Origin: Bacteroidales bacterium | Lineage (GTDB): Bacteria; Bacteroidota; Bacteroidia; Bacteroidales; F082 | NCBI GenBank assembly: GCA_017477425.1 | Contig: JAFUVT010000006.1 | Coordinates: 2,161-66,160 of the forward strand | Direction: 5' to 3' | Length of the DNA: 64,000 nucleotides | In this document: piece by piece, positions 15,094 through 27,733 of the stretch | Layout of the letters: each line of letters starts with the position of its first letter | How positions within the stretch are numbered: position 1 is the stretch's first letter | The notes under the pieces: generated by a model | What the model was told of the DNA's origin: nothing | Database searches by the model: none | What the model saw: the letters and a program-made list of their open reading frames with translations, nothing else | Translations under genes and position numbers: made by a program

Positions 15094-16440
15094 TCAATTA
15101 TCAATTCTATTATTTTCAATTCTCCTAGACATTTCCTCCGCCAAATCCACAAACTCCTCCGCAGTCATTTCCTTCAAAAAGATCAACCCATGCGTGGCGC
15201 GGATAAGCGGATGCTCGTTTTCATAGAAGAAGTCCTTTCCCAGGATGAGTTGTATGTCCTTGTATTGCTTCACCCAGATGCTTTCCGCCAACTCGCTGAA
15301 AGGCCCGTCGAAGTCGGGATTGGGAAACTCGGCCTTCACTTGCGTCAGGTAGCTGTCCTTGAAGGCTTTTTCGAAGACGGCGAAGGCGTTGAGCGACACG
15401 GGCACATACATGTTGGCTTCGGCAGGATGGAAGGTCGACCACACGTTACGATAACCGAAGATTCTCAAGTTCTTAAGGTCTGCTTCCTTATTCCACAACC
15501 TCACGGCCTCCGCAATGCTTTGCATGACCTTGTAGTGGGTGTTGGGCCCTTGCCCCTCCGAGTCAATGGCCACTGTGATGATGGTAGGCTTCAGAGCCCG
15601 CAGTTGGTTGAGGATGGGAGCGACGTCACGCAAGAAGTCAGGATCCTTTGTTTTCTTATCGTCATACAAGCCCAACCTCAGATGATGGATATGATTCAAC
15701 GCCGTGCCGGCATAGGCCCAGACGAGTTCCTCTTCAAACTCACGCACCTGCCCCTTGAGTTTCTGGATCTCGGTGCTGTTGGCCTTACCTTCCCTTAGGT
15801 TCTCTATCTCCGTCTTGAAGCGAGCCTCGACGTCTTCCACGCTTTTCAACTCCCACAGCCCTACGGCGTCGCGGAGGATGCGATGGCAGAAGCCACGGCG
15901 CATCTCCTCGGGGTTCTTGCGGGCGACATTGTCGAGATAATGGTGGATGTCTTTCTCCTGCTTGAAGCGATAGCCTTGTTCGAAGAAGTCGGGGTAATGC
16001 ACCATCTGGATACGGTCTTGTCGCAGGCATTCCAAAGTATCTTCCAAGGCCTGGCGCAGGATGGCATCGGTGACAGAGTGGTAGCCCGAAGTCATGATGG
16101 CGAAATGCACTTGGTTGGTGGCCGACCGTAGCTGTCTGTTGATGAGCGGCATGAGACCCAGCATGATGTCGTCGTGATGAGGCCCCGTGTGGTAGATGAC
16201 CTCGTTTTCGAAAGGTTTGGCGCCGCGCCAGAGCTTGGCTTCGACGTCGGCGATGACTTCTTGCACACGTTCCAGGCTGAGGTTGGGGATGCGGGCGCAA
16301 CGGGGGTCGTTTTGTAGGTCCTCGAGTGTCAGATTATGGGCGTAGCGGTCAAGGATTTTGCAGAGTCCGAGGACGGCGCGTTCGGTCTTCTCGAAGCTCC
16401 ACTCGCCGTCAAAATAGGATGGGTCGGTTTTGTTGAACAT
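15094..16440 (-). CDS. PIG-L/LmbE-family-like protein (homolog of the C-terminal domain of long Bacteroidetes NagB proteins)
   Basis: HTGPHHDDIMLG resembles the PHPDD metal-binding motif of LmbE/PIG-L deacetylases. 448 aa. Sits in an operon with nagB. Confidence 0.45.
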   Translation of the reverse strand: MFNKTDPSYFDGEWSFEKTERAVLGLCKILDRYAHNLTLEDLQNDPRCARIPNLSLERVQEVIADVEAKLWRGAKPFENEVIYHTGPHHDDIMLGLMPLINRQLRSATNQVHFAIMTSGYHSVTDAILRQALEDTLECLRQDRIQMVHYPDFFEQGYRFKQEKDIHHYLDNVARKNPEEMRRGFCHRILRDAVGLWELKSVEDVEARFKTEIENLREGKANSTEIQKLKGQVREFEEELVWAYAGTALNHIHHLRLGLYDDKKTKDPDFLRDVAPILNQLRALKPTIITVAIDSEGQGPNTHYKVMQSIAEAVRLWNKEADLKNLRIFGYRNVWSTFHPAEANMYVPVSLNAFAVFEKAFKDSYLTQVKAEFPNPDFDGPFSELAESIWVKQYKDIQLILGKDFFYENEHPLIRATHGLIFLKEMTAEEFVDLAEEMSRRIENNRIDN

Positions 16441-16446
16441 GAAACA

Positions 16447-17745
16447 TTAATCCCTTTTGAAAATATCACGCGTGTATACCTTTTCAATGACGTTGTCGAG
16501 GCAGGCGTCGTAGCGGTTGGCGATGATGGCCTGGCTCATGGCCTTGAACTTGGTCAAGTCGTTGACCACAAGGCTACCGAAGAATGTGGTGCCATCGGGC
16601 AAGGTGGGCTCGTAGATGATGACCTCGGCGCCTTTGGCTTTGATGCGTTTCATCACGCCTTGGATGCTGCTCTGGCGGAAGTTGTCGCTGTTCGACTTCA
16701 TCGTCAGGCGATAGACACCGATGACGCAATGGCGTTCCTGTGAGGCGTCGTATTGTCCCTGGTCGTAGTAGTCGTAATAGCCCGCTTTCTTCAGCACCTG
16801 GTCGGCGATGAAGTCCTTGCGGGTGCGGTTGCTGTCGACGATGGCGCGGATGAGGTCCTCGGGCACGTCCTCGTAGTTGGCCAGCAGTTGCTTGGTGTCC
16901 TTGGGCAGGCAGTAGCCACCGTAACCGAAGCTGGGATTGTTGTAGTGGTTGCCGATACGGGGGTCGAGGCAGATGCCGTCGATGATGGCTTGGGTGTCGA
17001 GACCTTTCACCTCGGCATAGGTGTCCAACTCATTGAAATAGCTCACACGCAAGGCGAGGTAGGTGTTGGCGAAGAGCTTCACGGCCTCGGCCTCCTTCAT
17101 GCCCATGAAGAGCGTGGGGACGTCTTCCTTGATGGCACCCTGCTGCAATAAGGCGGCAAACTGGTGCGCTTTGGCCTCAAGGTCGACGCTGACCATCTTC
17201 ATGATGGCTTCGTTTTCCTCATCGTAACCGGCAATTTTCTTCGGGAAGCCCACGATGATGCGGCTGGGGTAGAGGTTGTCGTAGAGGGCCTTGCTCTCAC
17301 GCAGGAACTCGGGTGAAAAAAGCAGGTTGAACTTCTTGACGCCCTTGGCGGCGTATTTGACATACAAGCCACGGGTGTACCCCACGGGGATGGTGCTCTT
17401 GATGACCATTACCGCATCGGGGTTGACGCTGAGAATCAGGTCGATGACTTCTTCCACGTGCGAGGTGTCGAAGAAGTTCTTCTGCGGGTCGTAGTTGGTC
17501 GGGGCGGCGATGACGACGAACTCGGCGTCTTTATAGGCCGTTGCGCCATCGAGGGTGGCCGTCAGGTCGAGTTCTTTCTCGGCGAGGTATCTCTCGATGT
17601 ATTCGTCCTGGATGGGCGACTTCCGCTGGTTGATGAGGTCGACCTTTTCGGGGACGACATCCACGGCGGTGACATGGTTATGTTGCGCCAACAAGGTGGC
17701 GATGCTCAGGCCGACATAGCCTGTGCCTGCTACTGCGATGTTCAT
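16447..17745 (-). CDS. ugd: UDP-glucose 6-dehydrogenase (full-length nucleotide-sugar dehydrogenase)
   Basis: [34 protein letters not shown] catalytic Cys motif, 432 aa. Confidence 0.85.
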   Translation of the reverse strand: MNIAVAGTGYVGLSIATLLAQHNHVTAVDVVPEKVDLINQRKSPIQDEYIERYLAEKELDLTATLDGATAYKDAEFVVIAAPTNYDPQKNFFDTSHVEEVIDLILSVNPDAVMVIKSTIPVGYTRGLYVKYAAKGVKKFNLLFSPEFLRESKALYDNLYPSRIIVGFPKKIAGYDEENEAIMKMVSVDLEAKAHQFAALLQQGAIKEDVPTLFMGMKEAEAVKLFANTYLALRVSYFNELDTYAEVKGLDTQAIIDGICLDPRIGNHYNNPSFGYGGYCLPKDTKQLLANYEDVPEDLIRAIVDSNRTRKDFIADQVLKKAGYYDYYDQGQYDASQERHCVIGVYRLTMKSNSDNFRQSSIQGVMKRIKAKGAEVIIYEPTLPDGTTFFGSLVVNDLTKFKAMSQAIIANRYDACLDNVIEKVYTRDIFKRD

Positions 17746-17788
17746 TTCAGTTGTTCAGTTGTTCAGTTGTCAGTTGTTCAGTTGGTTG
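17746..17788. repeat. Octamer tandem repeat (TTCAGTTG)n filling the ugd/wbpB-like intergenic spacer
   Basis: TTCAGTTGTTCAGTTGTTCAGTTGTCAGTTGTTCAGTTGG. This is the reverse-complement orientation of the CAACTGAA repeats at 11394.. and 13929... Confidence 0.8.
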
Positions 17789-17789
17789 G

Positions 17790-19548
<1,759 letters not shown>

Positions 19549-19549
<1 letters not shown>

Positions 19550-21750
19550 TACTGTTTATATTTTTGAATTAATTTCACGAAATTCTCCGTCTCCTGACGG
19601 ATTTCCTTAACGAAACTCACATCGTCGATGCTGCCGATGACAGCCAGTTTCTCGGCTTCGTTGCGGAAGGTGGCGTTGCGGAACTCGTTGTCGTAGTCCT
19701 TCTTGCGGCTTTCGTAGACCTGGTCGCAGATGTAGTGCTGGATGCGAACGGCCTTGTCGAGGTTCTCGTGCCACATCTCCTCGGTCAGCACGTCAGCATC
19801 GTCCTTGTAGAGGAACATCAGCGAGAAATAGGCGTGACGCAGCTTTTCCTTCTGATAATTAGCCCACAGCTCGTCATAGCGATGGTGGATTTCGTCCCAG
19901 GTGTCGAGCACGCCGTCGCGGATGTCGGCGCGCAGCTGGTCGACGTATTCCTCGGGCATCGTCTGACCGCCCAAGTTGATCCATTTGCGGAGGCGCTTGC
20001 CCTTCATGTGGTTGACGATGGCTTCCATGTCAACGTCGGGATGGGCTTCGAGATAGCGCAGGCAGGTCTTGACGGCGTAATAGGTAATCATGTCGCCGTA
20101 GGCATGATAGGCCTGCAAAGGCTTCAGGATGCGCACCTTGCGTTTGCCTTTCTCCATGTGTTCGCCAAAGACTTCAAGTTTTTTGACGGTTTCGGGTTCG
20201 TTGTCGAGGAGGTTCTTGCCGCATTCGCGGAGGTCGTAGTACTCATATTTCTCAGGGTCTTCGCCTTTCGTGCGGAGATAGGCCTTAGCTACCCAGACCT
20301 CAAGGAGTTTTCGGGCCTCGATGGTCTCCTCGATGGTATCGGGAGCAAGCGTCTCGAACTCAATGTTTTGGATTTTGCGTTTGCGTTTGTCGCGCTTTTG
20401 GTATTTCGACGTGTTGCGTGCGATGGCGTACATGTTGTACATCCACCAATAAGCCGGCATGACCTCTAGCTCGTTGTTGGTCACGTTGTTGTTGACCAAG
20501 CAGAACGGCAGCATGATGTTGAGCTCGCTGGGATAGTCGGCCTTGCTGAGCAAGGTGAACGAAGCGAACTTCGACGAGTGCTTCACACTGGAGCAAAGTC
20601 CCGGCCAGAAGCCGCGTGAGGCCACGATTTCGCCGTCGGTGGCGCGACTGTTGTGGTTGGAGCCGATGGTGGCGCCAGCGGCCATGTTGCTCTGACCCAT
20701 CACGCAGGCGGAGATGAGGAACGAGTTGTTGTGGTGCTGCTCGTGCGAGGGGAAGATCAGGTTGTTCAAGACCTCGCAGCACGAAATCGTGGAGTTGTCG
20801 CCCATCACCGAGTGAATGAGGCGCGCGCCGTATTTCAGGTTGCAGTTGTCGCCCAGCACGAAGCGCGTGGCCACCACCGAATAGAAGATGCGGCAGCCGT
20901 AGCCCGTCACGCCGTTCACCAAGATGACACCCTCACCGATTTGCGAAGGCTCTTCTTTCGACGAGTTAATGGTGACATTCTTCAGCTTGCTAGCCCCTTT
21001 GATGTAGCAATGCGGTCCCACCTTGGCATCCTTCAGGATCCAGCAGTTCTTGATGACACACGACTCGCCGATGGTGCCATAGTAGCCACGATGGAAGTCG
21101 ACACTGGCTTGGGTGATTTCCGCGAGGCGTTCCTGGAGTTTGGTGTCGTCGGTGTACTTGGCCCAAAGGTAGGCATCAGCCGTGGTCATGCCGTCGAAAG
21201 GCATGATCTTGCGGCTTCCGATTTCGTTCATCACTTCGAGCCACACGCGCACGTCCTCGGGCTCGCCTTCCTTGATGGTGCCATTGCCGAACTTGGAGTG
21301 GTCGGTGGTGGAGAGTTCCTGGATGTTGAAGAGGATGCTGCGGTCGCCGATGATGTAGTTGGCCATGTAGTGCACATCGTGGATGGCCACGTCGTCGCCG
21401 ATGTCGCACGAGATGATGCTACTGCTGGTGATGCCGATGGGAACACGCAGGTCGTGGTATTGCAGCACTTTACGGGACACTCTTCCGATACGCACCATGC
21501 CAAAGAAGTGGTTGTTGCGGATCATGTTGGTGTCGAACTCATCGGTGACCCAAATGTCGTCCCAGTTGGTGGCCGAGTTGCTGTTCTTGACGAGACGTTC
21601 GATCTCGTCGGAATGCAGATGCCTCCAGCCGCCTTCGGGCTTTTTCACCTGCTGGTTGCGATAATAGTATTCGTCGTGACCGTGCAGATACTTCTCGTCG
21701 ATGAAGTTCTTGTAGATCCGGTCGTAGTCAATGATGGTTACCTGGTCCAT
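19549..21750 (-). CDS. DUF4954-like protein with a left-handed beta-helix (hexapeptide-repeat) core
   Basis: 733 aa. The N-terminus, [32 protein letters not shown], and the repetitive beta-helix middle are typical of Bacteroidetes DUF4954 proteins. Assignment is from memory only. Confidence 0.5.
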
Positions 21751-22989
21751 TTATCTTCCTTTGTACATGTCGTCGTAATATTTCTGGTAGTCACCTGATG
21801 TGACGTTGTCCATCCAGTCTTGGTTGTCCAAGTACCAGCGGACGGTCTTTTCGATGCCTTCCTCAAACTGCAGGCTCGGCTCCCAACCCAATTCCTTCTG
21901 GAGTTTGCTGGAGTCGATGGCGTAACGCAAATCGTGTCCGGCACGGTCAGTGACGTAGGTGATAAGGTTCATGTCCTCGCCTTCCTTACGCCCCAACAGA
22001 CGGTCGGTCGTGTTGATAAGCACCTTCACAATGTCAATGTTCTTCCATTCGTTAAAGCCGCCAATGTTGTAAGTCTCAGCGATCTTCCCTTCGTGGAAAA
22101 TCAAGTCGATGGCGCGAGCGTGGTCTTCCACATAGAGCCAGTCGCGCACGTTCTCGCCCTTGCCGTAGACGGGCAACGGCTTGCGGTGGCGTATGTTGTT
22201 GATGAACAGCGGGATCAGTTTCTCGGGGAACTGGTATGGGCCGTAGTTGTTCGAGCAGTTGGTCACGATGGTGGGCAGGCCATAGGTGTCGTGGAAGGCA
22301 CGCACGAAATGGTCGCTGCTGGCCTTGGCGGCACTGTAGGGGCTGTGGGGCTGGTATTTCAGGTCCTCGGTGAAGAACTTGTCGCCATAGGCCAGATGGT
22401 GCTTGCCGCTGCTGGCCTTGGTGGTAAACGGCGGCTCGATGCCTTGCGGGTGGGTCAGTTCGAGAGCGCCGTAGACCTCATCGGTCGAGATGTGGTAGAA
22501 ACGGCAAGGAACGCAGGTCGTTGAGCCTGTCGAAACGCCGTCAGTATAGGTCGGCCCTTCGATGCTTCGGCTTTGCTCAGCAACCGCAAGCTCAGGGACC
22601 TCAACTTTATACGGCTCTGGCAGGTTTTCCCAATACAATTTCGCGGCCTGCAACAGGCTCAGCGTGCCCATCACGTTGGTTTGCGCGAAGGTGAACGGGT
22701 CTTTGATGCTGCGGTCCACATGGCTCTCAGCGGCCAAGTGAATGATGCCGTCGACGTGTTCGTCCTGCATCAGCTTCAGCACGCCTTCGAAGTCGCAGAT
22801 GTCCATCTTGACGAACTTGTAATTCGGTTTGTCCTCGATGTCCTTTAGGTTAGCAAGATTGCCGGCGTAGGTCAGCTTGTCGAGGTTGATGATCTTGTAT
22901 TCAGGGTACTTGTTGACGAACAGGCGCACGACGTGGCTCCCGATGAAGCCCGCGCCGCCCGTGATGATGATTGATCGATTGTATGTCAT
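21751..22989 (-). CDS. rfbB: dTDP-glucose 4,6-dehydratase, unusually long (412 aa) because of internal insertions
   Basis: [42 protein letters not shown], plus an extra segment PELAVAEQSRSIEGPTYTDGVSTGSTT. Confidence 0.85.
   Translation of the reverse strand: MTYNRSIIITGGAGFIGSHVVRLFVNKYPEYKIINLDKLTYAGNLANLKDIEDKPNYKFVKMDICDFEGVLKLMQDEHVDGIIHLAAESHVDRSIKDPFTFAQTNVMGTLSLLQAAKLYWENLPEPYKVEVPELAVAEQSRSIEGPTYTDGVSTGSTTCVPCRFYHISTDEVYGALELTHPQGIEPPFTTKASSGKHHLAYGDKFFTEDLKYQPHSPYSAAKASSDHFVRAFHDTYGLPTIVTNCSNNYGPYQFPEKLIPLFINNIRHRKPLPVYGKGENVRDWLYVEDHARAIDLIFHEGKIAETYNIGGFNEWKNIDIVKVLINTTDRLLGRKEGEDMNLITYVTDRAGHDLRYAIDSSKLQKELGWEPSLQFEEGIEKTVRWYLDNQDWMDNVTSGDYQKYYDDMYKGR
22521..22605. repeat. Palindromic-element-like sequence embedded in frame within rfbB
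   Basis: GAGCCTGTCGAA...GGCCCTTCGA...CAAGCTCAGGGACC shares its halves with the intergenic palindrome at 50121..50190. Confidence 0.35.
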
Positions 22990-23022
22990 GTTTTTTTATT
23001 CGTTTGGTCAGGGAGATTGGTA

Positions 23023-23946
23023 CTAATTCCTATTCAGGTGTGTCAGCGTATCCGAGGTGATCTCCGACTTGTATTCGTCGATGACGCGGAGCAGGTATTG
23101 TCCGTATTGGTTCTTCAGCATCGGCTGCGCCAACTGGCGCATTTTCTCTTCGTCGATCCAGCCGTTGCGGTAGGCGATGCCTTCGAGGCAGGCGATTTTC
23201 AGGCCTTGGCGCTTCTCGATGACTTCGACGAAGGTCGAAGCCTCGCTAAGGCTGTCGTGGGTTCCTGTGTCGAGCCAAGCGAAACCGCGTCCGAAGACCT
23301 GCACTTTCAGTTCGCCGTCTTCCAGAAAACGCTGGTTCACCGTGGTGATTTCCAGCTCGCCGCGTGCCGAAGGCTTGATGGTCTTGGCCACGTCGACGAC
23401 CTTGTTGGGGTAGAAATAGAGTCCCACGACGGCGTAGTTGCTCTTGGGAACCTTGGGTTTCTCTTCGATGCTGAGGCAGTTTCCGTTTTTGTCGAACTCG
23501 GCCACACCGTAACGCTCGGGGTCGCTGACCCAGTAACCGAACACGGTGGCCTTTTTGTTCTCCTCTGCATCTTTGACGGCATTGCGGAGCAGACCCGTAA
23601 ACCCACTTCCATAGAATATGTTATCCCCTAGCACAAGGCAGGCGCAGTCGTTGCCGATGAACTTCTCACCGATGATGAAAGCCTGTGCGAGGCCATCGGG
23701 AGAAGGTTGTTCGGCATACTCGAAATGGACGCCATAGTCGGAGCCGTCGCCCAGCAGACGCTGGAAACCCGGCAGGTCATATGGAGTGCTGATGATGAGG
23801 ATGTCGCGGATGCCAGCGAGCATCAAGGCCGAGATGGGGTAATACACCATGGGCTTGTCGTAGATGGGGAGCAGCTGCTTGCTCACACCCTTGGTGATAG
23901 GGTAAAGGCGGGTACCCGAACCGCCTGCTAATACTATTCCTTTCAT
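23023..23946 (-). CDS. rfbA: Glucose-1-phosphate thymidylyltransferase
   Basis: [37 protein letters not shown]... is the canonical RmlA N-terminus. Confidence 0.9.
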   Translation of the reverse strand: MKGIVLAGGSGTRLYPITKGVSKQLLPIYDKPMVYYPISALMLAGIRDILIISTPYDLPGFQRLLGDGSDYGVHFEYAEQPSPDGLAQAFIIGEKFIGNDCACLVLGDNIFYGSGFTGLLRNAVKDAEENKKATVFGYWVSDPERYGVAEFDKNGNCLSIEEKPKVPKSNYAVVGLYFYPNKVVDVAKTIKPSARGELEITTVNQRFLEDGELKVQVFGRGFAWLDTGTHDSLSEASTFVEVIEKRQGLKIACLEGIAYRNGWIDEEKMRQLAQPMLKNQYGQYLLRVIDEYKSEITSDTLTHLNRN

Positions 23947-23977
23947 ATGTTTTGTTTTTATCTTTTGAATACAAAAC

Positions 23978-24988
23978 TCAATACCCGTCGGGATTATTGC
24001 GCTGCCAATTCCAGGCGTCGCGGCACATCTCTTCGAGACCGTATTGTGCCTTCCAGCCTAGCTCGCGTTCCGCCTTGGCGGGGGCGGAATAACAGGTGGC
24101 AATGTCGCCCGCACGACGCGGCTTGATGCTGTACGGAATCTTGATACCGTTGACCTTTTCAAAAGCCTTCACCAACTGCAACACCGAGTAGCCTTGTCCC
24201 GTACCGAGGTTGTAAATCGCGCAGCCACAACTTCTTTCGATGGCTTTCAATGCCGCCACATGGCCACGGGCCAAGTCGACAACGTGGATGTAATCGCGGA
24301 CCCCCGTGCCGTCGGGCGTATCATAGTCGTTGCCAAACACGCCAAGTTCAGGACGTTTGCCCACGGCCACTTGCGTGACGTAAGGCATCAGGTTGTTCGG
24401 GATGCCGTTGGGGTTCTCCCCTATCCTGCCGCTCGGATGCGCACCGATGGGGTTGAAATAGCGCAGCAGCACCACGTTCCATTCCTTGTCGGCCTTTTGC
24501 ATGTCCATCATGATCTCTTCGAGCATGCTCTTGGTCTGGCCATAAGGGTTGGTGCAATGGCCCTTGGGACACTCCTCCGTAATCGGGATGATGGCCGGGT
24601 CTCCGTAGACCGTGGCCGACGACGAGAAGATGATGTTTTTGCAGCCATGCTGGCGCATCACGTCGAGCAGCGTCAAGGTGCCGCCGATGTTGTTTTCGTA
24701 GTATTCCCAAGGCTTCTCCACGCTCTCGCCCACGGCTTTCAGTCCCGCAAAATGGATACAGGCATCAAAGCGATGGGCACTCATCACGCGGTTGAGGCCT
24801 TCGCGGTCGCGGATGTCGACTTCGTAAAAAGGGATTTGCTTTCCTGTCAGCTCCGCCACGCGTTCCAAGGATTTGCGGTTGGCATTGCTGAGGTTATCGA
24901 CGACTACGGTCTCGTGTCCCGCAGTGTTCAGTTCCACTAAAGTATGGCTGCCGATGAAGCCGGCTCCGCCTGTGACTAAGATGTTCAT
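23978..24988 (-). CDS. galE: UDP-glucose 4-epimerase
   Basis: [25 protein letters not shown] (YxxxK), 336 aa. Confidence 0.85.
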   Translation of the reverse strand: MNILVTGGAGFIGSHTLVELNTAGHETVVVDNLSNANRKSLERVAELTGKQIPFYEVDIRDREGLNRVMSAHRFDACIHFAGLKAVGESVEKPWEYYENNIGGTLTLLDVMRQHGCKNIIFSSSATVYGDPAIIPITEECPKGHCTNPYGQTKSMLEEIMMDMQKADKEWNVVLLRYFNPIGAHPSGRIGENPNGIPNNLMPYVTQVAVGKRPELGVFGNDYDTPDGTGVRDYIHVVDLARGHVAALKAIERSCGCAIYNLGTGQGYSVLQLVKAFEKVNGIKIPYSIKPRRAGDIATCYSAPAKAERELGWKAQYGLEEMCRDAWNWQRNNPDGY

Positions 24989-26697
24989 TGTAGTTCGCTT
25001 ATGATTTTAGTTTCTTCTGTATCAAATTGATACAAATCAAAAATAACCTTATCGATTTCTTCAACCGCTCCCACATCGCCTTTCAAAGCCTCGTCAACCA
25101 AGGCGCTTAATTTGGCATTGACATCTTCCGTGATCTTTGGGAACGGCAAGGCCGAAAGGTTGCCCTTCAGGATCTTCAAGTCTCCAAAACGCTTGACATA
25201 CAAAAAGTTGAACAAAGACGAATTCAAGAACGCCATCACTGTTTTGATGCTCATGCCGTCCACCTCGGGAATGAGAATGTTGGCGCTATTGAGGAAGAGG
25301 CTTTGCGCATTGTCGTAAGCGAAGCAAAGGTGGCTCGAAACGAACTTGTACACCAACTTCTCAGGCGCACGGTAGAACTCATCCTTGGCACATTGCTGAA
25401 AGTCAGGGCGATGGTATTTGATGTAACGACTGGCAGGACGCAAGCGGTATTTGCCGATGTCCTTACCCGTATAGATCCGCTCCAAGCCCTTGGCGGGACG
25501 TTCCTTCAGCACCTTGGCGTTGTTGCCCGTGATGATGCCCAAGGCCCAGCGGCTGTGCGAGAGGTCGTCGTGACGCTGACGCTCCACCTTGCTGATGATG
25601 GCCTCGTCGCGGTCGTTGAGCATCGGGATGGCACAGAAGTCGTCCTCGCGAGGCTTGAACTCCTTGCGCGACACCGTGTTGTTCTCGGTCGTGACGGTGT
25701 AATTCTGCGTCCCAAAAACAGGTTTCTTGCTGACTTTCAGGCTGATGAAGTCCGTAAACACCCCTTTGAAGCGCTCGCGATAGCATTTGATGCTCTCCAT
25801 ACGTGTTTCGTGCGTCACGAAACGACGCAGGTCGGCATGCACCTTAATCTTCATCAGCGAAGAAGGCAAAAGGAAATGCTGAATGCCATTCTTGTTCAGA
25901 AACTTGAACGACTCGGTGAAAAACAGCGACGCTTTTTCTTTCGAATGGATGGTTTCGGAATGATGGAGTTTGCCTTTCTCGGTGCCCCAAGGCGGGTTGG
26001 TGACGATGTAGTCGAACTTCAAGTCGCCCAAGGCCGAGGCCGCATGCTGCAGGAAATCCATCTGGTAGATCTGAGGATAGACCGTCGACGCGTTGTATTT
26101 CACCATCAGGTTGGTTTTAGCGATCATCACCGCCAGCGGGTCGTTGTCGATGCCATAGAGTTGCTCCAGCTCGGCATGTTCCACTTTCAGCAGGAAGATG
26201 CCACTGCCGCAGCAGGGGTCGAGGAAGCGTTCGCCCGACAAGACATGGATGTCAGAAAGCATCTCACTGACGATGACGGGCTTGGTGTAATAAAGGCCTT
26301 TCAGGATACGGCTGCCTTCTGTCGTCAGTGACTGGTAGATGAAACCAATCCAGTCGTCTTGCCTGTTTTTAAGGATCTGGCGCGGCACACTGAGACCCAG
26401 CCGCTGATATTGGGTATATTCCGCAAAAAATCGGTTCTTGTTGGCCTCGCTCACCCTGTTGTGCTCGATATACGAGGCACAAAGTGTGTAAATCAAGTCA
26501 TCGATGGGATAGGTGGTATCCCTGAGCTCTTCCACAAAACGCGGCAGACTGCCTGCCATCACATAGCCTTCGGGGGTGATGATTTTCTGTGAACGGCTCT
26601 TGTTGGCACGACTCGTCAAGCGGTCGCCGCCGTCGTGCTGCAATTTGTCCCAGTTGCGTTGCGTGGCCTTCGAGATGAAAAAGTTGGATTCCTTCAT
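24985..26697 (-). CDS. N6-adenine DNA methyltransferase (gamma class, TaqI/Eco57I-like with a C-terminal target-recognition domain); no partner endonuclease in the window
   Basis: Motif [14 protein letters not shown] and motif [12 protein letters not shown]. TaqI_C-like C-terminus ([10 protein letters not shown]...[11 protein letters not shown]). Its stop overlaps the galE start (ATGA). Confidence 0.8.
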   Translation of the reverse strand: MKESNFFISKATQRNWDKLQHDGGDRLTSRANKSRSQKIITPEGYVMAGSLPRFVEELRDTTYPIDDLIYTLCASYIEHNRVSEANKNRFFAEYTQYQRLGLSVPRQILKNRQDDWIGFIYQSLTTEGSRILKGLYYTKPVIVSEMLSDIHVLSGERFLDPCCGSGIFLLKVEHAELEQLYGIDNDPLAVMIAKTNLMVKYNASTVYPQIYQMDFLQHAASALGDLKFDYIVTNPPWGTEKGKLHHSETIHSKEKASLFFTESFKFLNKNGIQHFLLPSSLMKIKVHADLRRFVTHETRMESIKCYRERFKGVFTDFISLKVSKKPVFGTQNYTVTTENNTVSRKEFKPREDDFCAIPMLNDRDEAIISKVERQRHDDLSHSRWALGIITGNNAKVLKERPAKGLERIYTGKDIGKYRLRPASRYIKYHRPDFQQCAKDEFYRAPEKLVYKFVSSHLCFAYDNAQSLFLNSANILIPEVDGMSIKTVMAFLNSSLFNFLYVKRFGDLKILKGNLSALPFPKITEDVNAKLSALVDEALKGDVGAVEEIDKVIFDLYQFDTEETKIISELQ

Positions 26698-26794
26698 GGT
26701 AAAGCTTCGCCTTCTAAGTCACATTGAATTAACTCAAGTAACTAAAAATCAATAAACTAAGCAATCTATCCATTTTGGTAGGATAAAATTCACG

Positions 26795-26802
26795 CAAAAG
26801 TA
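26795..26802 (-). promoter_or_regulatory. Candidate -7 box (TACTTTTG) for the methyltransferase-galE-rfb operon
   Basis: CAAAAGTA on the plus strand, about 100 nt upstream of the ATG at 26697. A divergent TATTTTTG box at 26908..26915 precedes tsaB. Confidence 0.4.
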
Positions 26803-26935
26803 AGGAAATTTGTCGGTTCTCTTCTTATTTATTTTTTAAAAATATTAAAAAAACGATGAAAAAAAAGAATCCGTCACCAAAACGGCTTTCTTCTCAACTT
26901 AATTCCTTATTTTTGCCTGACAAAAACGACAAAAT

Positions 26936-27634
26936 ATGATTCTGTGTTTGGAAACGGCCACTCCAGTATGTTCGGTGGCGCTCAACGAAAGCTGTTGCAC
27001 GATTGCCTTGCGCGAGACGGAAGGACAAAATGCGCATTCCGAGAAGATTACCAACTTCATCCGCGAAGTGATGGAGGTGGCCCATGTCGATTATCGACAG
27101 TTGGACGCCGTCGCGGTCAGCCAAGGGCCAGGCTCGTATACGGGCTTGCGCATCGGGGTGAGCACGGCTAAGGGCATCTGCTATGCCGCCGACCTGCCTT
27201 TGATGGCCATCGACACCTTGGAGGCCATGGCCTACGGCATGAAGACGAAACTGGGCAGCCAAATCGGTGAAAACGACCTGCTGATCCCGATGATCGACGC
27301 ACGCAGGATGGAAGTCTACGCCTCCGTTTTCGATGCCCAACTGAACAAAATCAACGACACGGCCGCACTCGTCATCGACGAGCATTCTTTTGAAGACATG
27401 CTGAAAGACCATCGTCTCTGGCTCTTCGGCGATGGAGCGCCCAAGCTCGGCAAACTCTTTGAGAACCAACCTAATATCAGCATCGTTGACGGCTTCAAGC
27501 CTTCGGCTGCCTTCATGCTTCCTTTGGCAGAAAAGGCTTTGCGCGAACAAAAGTTTGTCGACGTGGCGTATTTCGAACCGTTTTACTTGAAGGATTTCAT
27601 TGCGGGCAAACCTCATGTGAAAGGGTTGAGCTAG
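26936..27634 (+). CDS. tsaB: tRNA N6-threonylcarbamoyladenosine biosynthesis protein TsaB
   Basis: MILCLETATPVCSVAL...AVAVSQGPGSYTGLRIGVSTAKG. Confidence 0.8.
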   Translation: MILCLETATPVCSVALNESCCTIALRETEGQNAHSEKITNFIREVMEVAHVDYRQLDAVAVSQGPGSYTGLRIGVSTAKGICYAADLPLMAIDTLEAMAYGMKTKLGSQIGENDLLIPMIDARRMEVYASVFDAQLNKINDTAALVIDEHSFEDMLKDHRLWLFGDGAPKLGKLFENQPNISIVDGFKPSAAFMLPLAEKALREQKFVDVAYFEPFYLKDFIAGKPHVKGLS

Positions 27635-27644
27635 GAGTGGGGAG

Positions 27645-27708
27645 TTTGGCTCCGCTCATGTCATTCCTGCGGAGGATGTGCGATGGCTGGAATCTATGAG
27701 CGGGAGAA
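27645..27708. other. Long-loop hairpin downstream of tsaB, possibly a distant member of the hairpin-element family, followed by an (AGTTTAG)2 tandem repeat
   Basis: CTCCGCTCAT...ATGAGCGGGAG stem. The internal CATGTCAT and GAGCGGG blocks echo the 64-bp element in the opposite orientation. Confidence 0.3.
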
Positions 27709-27733
27709 GTTTAGAGTTTAGAGTTATAAATTA

